Positions 61,270 to 64,000 of a DNA stretch of 64,000 nt are shown one piece after another (positions within the stretch are counted from its first letter, which is position 1; the number at the start of each line of letters is the position of its first letter). Position numbers and translations under genes: made by a program. Source of the stretch: Octopus vulgaris (lineage: Eukaryota); contig OX597820.1 of assembly GCA_951406725.2 (NCBI GenBank), forward strand, positions 60,078,001 through 60,142,000, written 5' to 3'. The notes under the pieces were generated by a model. That model worked only from the letters and a program-made list of their open reading frames with translations, did no database searches and had not been told where the DNA came from.

Positions 61270-61452
61270 CTTTCACAAGGCCTGAAATTTTGGGAGATGG
61301 AGACAGTCGATTATATCGGCCCCAGTGCTTAACTCGTGCTTATTTTATCGCCCTCAAAAAGATTAAAAGAAAAAGTCGACCATATCAGAATTTGAACTCA
61401 GAACGTAAATTCGGATGAAATACTGCAAAGCATTTTGACCGGCGTGTTAACT
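61270..61452 (-). mobile_element. SINE family B variant, degenerate
   Basis: cacaaggcctgaaatttt...agtcgattatatcg...atttgaactcagaacgtaa. Confidence 0.7.
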
Positions 61453-61559
61453 TGTCATGTACATTAACGCTGTGTAATACAAGCTGCTCAGCTGTACATG
61501 CTTAGTTGTAAGATTTTGGAAACAAGTTTTGTCTGCAAGTGCTTATATCAAATTTAAGA

Positions 61560-62420
61560 AGGAAGATGGCATCATCAAATTGTAAAGAAACGAACATATG
61601 ATGATGAAAACAGAAATTTTAAGCCAGAGTGGGAGGAAGATTTTCGAATTTACCTTTAAAGGAGATAGACATTTTTGCCTTATCCGCCTTATGTCAGTCA
61701 TTACAAAGTCAGCAACTGGAAACTCCACTATGAAACAAATCACAAAATCTTTTTGCATAATTAACCACCTAAGAATTACGGAAAACAAGTTAATTTTGTT
61801 ATAAATTGTCGCTAAATAGCCAGCATATACGGTTGACAACGTTTAGCAAAGAAGCTAAATGCAAATATATAAAAGTGAGGTTGTGTGCTGTCTGCCTCCT
61901 ACGATTTAGATTCCTAACTACTCGCACATTTTGCGGTGCAGTTTAACCAAAACCGGGTATCTTATATTCGTGATTCATATCGAGCCCTTTTGGGTATTAG
62001 CGCGCGTCTACGATGAGTCTACGATTTAAAAAAAAAATTACCATCAATTTTTCCCATTTTTAATGCATTTTTGGCATATATAAGGGAAGTAACTCTCTAA
62101 AAATTTATTATTAAATCTCAGAACGTAAAAAGCTACAGTAACACCCCCCGTTTGTGGTTAGCCATATTGAGATGGCTATTATACTTTACATCTCTAAAAA
62201 TGCTTATATAGTTATTTCCCTTACAAACCCGAGCAACGCCGGGTGATACTGCTAGTTCAGATATAGAATTTCTCAAGAATACAGATGTTGTTGCAGTATT
62301 AGTTTCAAATAATGCAAAATCTCAGCGACATATAGCACAAACACAAATTTCACGTCACACTACAGATAGGCAAATATTTTAGATCAGCGCTGATATTGCA
62401 GTTAACATGTAAACTGATTT
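61560..62420 (+). mobile_element. hAT (Charlie/SPIN-like) transposase fossil with a nested Helitron
   Basis: KRTYDDENRNFKPEWEEDF..FTFKGDR..CLI..HYETNHK (BED-type N-terminus). After the Helitron it continues as QISRHTTDRQIF*ISADI. Confidence 0.7.
61865..62255 (+). mobile_element. Non-autonomous Helitron
   Basis: The 3' end gttatttcccttacaaacccgagcaacgccggg.gatactgCTAG|T is shared with 36904-37276. The 5' region differs. Confidence 0.8.
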
Positions 62421-62485
62421 TCTTTTACTTCAACGATTGATGAATCAACTGTTTTATAACATGATTTCAGTATATGTCACCTTAG

Positions 62486-62803
62486 TGTCGTGCACTAATA
62501 ACAATATGATATACAGTAGCACTAATAACAGTGTGATAGACAATACCACGGAACGCGGTAGACACCAGCTGTCTCCGCTCGCTGTATTCCCAAATACTCT
62601 GCCAACAACTGTAACCAATTCAAATACAACTCTCAACGAACTATAACAACTTTTCAACAATTTCCTGCGACCCACGAGCTCACGAACGACACCTTTCGAC
62701 CTCCTGCGATTTCTCATTTCTCGCTCTCAGTCACACACGCTACTACTTATACGAGTTCGGCTAGTCCATTCTCACAGGGGGTGTCATGATCCTCGCCATA
62801 ACA
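62486..62803 (-). repeat. 3' LTR (318 bp) of a Gypsy element
   Basis: On the minus strand it runs TGTTATG...CACGACA, immediately preceded by the polypurine tract AAAAGGGAGA (62813-62804). Confidence 0.8.
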
Positions 62804-64000
62804 TCTCCCTTTTGAGATTTGACTTCTGTAGGAAGTGCAACTTGTTTGTTAATTGTAGTCTATTTTTTCATCATCCCCTCTCTCTTTTTCTTAGATTTTA
62901 ATTTCCTTAGAAGTTTTAATTCTTCTTCTGCTTAGGGACTATTTCTAGTCGTTCTGTTTGTTTACGTTTTCTATTGCTGATCCACCTAGGGTCAACCTCT
63001 TTTGGCGTTGGCGTTGGAATATCGAACAAGTCATATCAAACTTCCATCGGCATTTCTTCTCTTTCTTCGATATGTCTAGTATTCAACTGGTTCAAATGTC
63101 GTTTGTGATCTCCTATTTGACCTTTTATTATGTACATCATACTGCCTATTCTCTTCGTCACTATACCGTTCTCTTAACCTTGTTTTCCATTGTTATCTAT
63201 TTTGAAGTGAACTTTATTTCCCACATTAAAGTACTTTGTTGTGTTTCTTGGGTTTAATTTATCAAAAATTTATTTTATCTTCCGGGCAAACATAAGCTAT
63301 GCGGGCGATTTGCCTGAACCGGTGTTCGAATTAGGTGTTACCCTGTAAACCTTTAAGAATTGAATTAGCGCTGCATCATTGCCTAATTCATTTCCTGATT
63401 TTTTTTTAGTGCTCGCTTAAGTGTGTCTACGTAGCATTCTGCTTGCTCATTTTATCTTGGCTATTACAGCGGAATAGAAATGTGATTGATTGCCTATCTC
63501 TCACAGAAATTTTAAAATTCATACCCCGAAAAACTGCGTTCCGTTATCCGATACTATGGTGTCCGGAGCAAAAAGTTCGTGAAGGAACCTTATTGCTACC
63601 TTCGAGGTTGGTTGACTGCATTTACATATCTCCAGCCACTTTGGTATTACTGTCTACTATGATCAGATAATACGCGCCGCTTACCGGTTCAGAAAATTCA
63701 TATGTAGCCTGGACCACGGACTGTCTGTCTTAGGTCACGATTAGAATTTCACCGGTGGTGACTTTGCTACGAGAGCACAACCTCTGCAGGATTTCACCAA
63801 TTGTTCAATATCACGGTCCATAGAAGGCCAATACACGTAACTCCTCATTACTGATTTCAGTCTTGAAATCCCTGGGTGTCCCATATGAAATTCACTTAAT
63901 ACACGCTCTTGCATTGCGTCTAGCACCACAACTCTTTGTGTGTACATCAACACATTATCATACAGAGAAAAAATGTTTCGCATTTGAGTTACGTATATTA
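62804..64000 (-). mobile_element. Gypsy LTR retrotransposon pol/integrase region, degenerate, continuing beyond the window
   Basis: HMGHPGISRLKSVMRSYVYWPSMDRDIEQLVKSCRGC is the integrase HHCC zinc-binding domain, followed by PWSRLH. Confidence 0.9.

Overview
AT-rich, microsatellite- and transposon-dense eukaryotic DNA. I infer a coleoid cephalopod (Octopus-like) from the effector-less poly-C2H2 genes, long (TA)n/(TATG)n tracts and tRNA-derived SINE families. The only host genes are two tandem, minus-strand paralogous C2H2 zinc-finger genes (22 and 19 finger units). They share a non-coding first exon, the splice acceptor, a uORF and a ~2.65 kb 3' UTR containing the same LINE fossil. The rest is layered mobile DNA: a near full-length Tx1/L1-clade LINE, a young RTE LINE inserted in a (TA)n tract, HERO-like, R4/Dong-like and CR1-like fragments, the 3' end of a Gypsy element, Merlin, mariner, maT, pogo, hAT, piggyBac-like and Helitron derivatives, and at least four SINE families. 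The most notable observations are a SINE whose 3' tail matches the 3' end of the Tx1 LINE in this window, two tandem hammerhead-ribozyme-like motifs upstream of ZNF gene 1, a set of Merlin MITEs with 8-bp TSDs and internal TTAGGG, and a compound perfect palindrome. Coordinates of degenerate repeats are approximate. All family assignments come from motif recognition by eye, not database searches.
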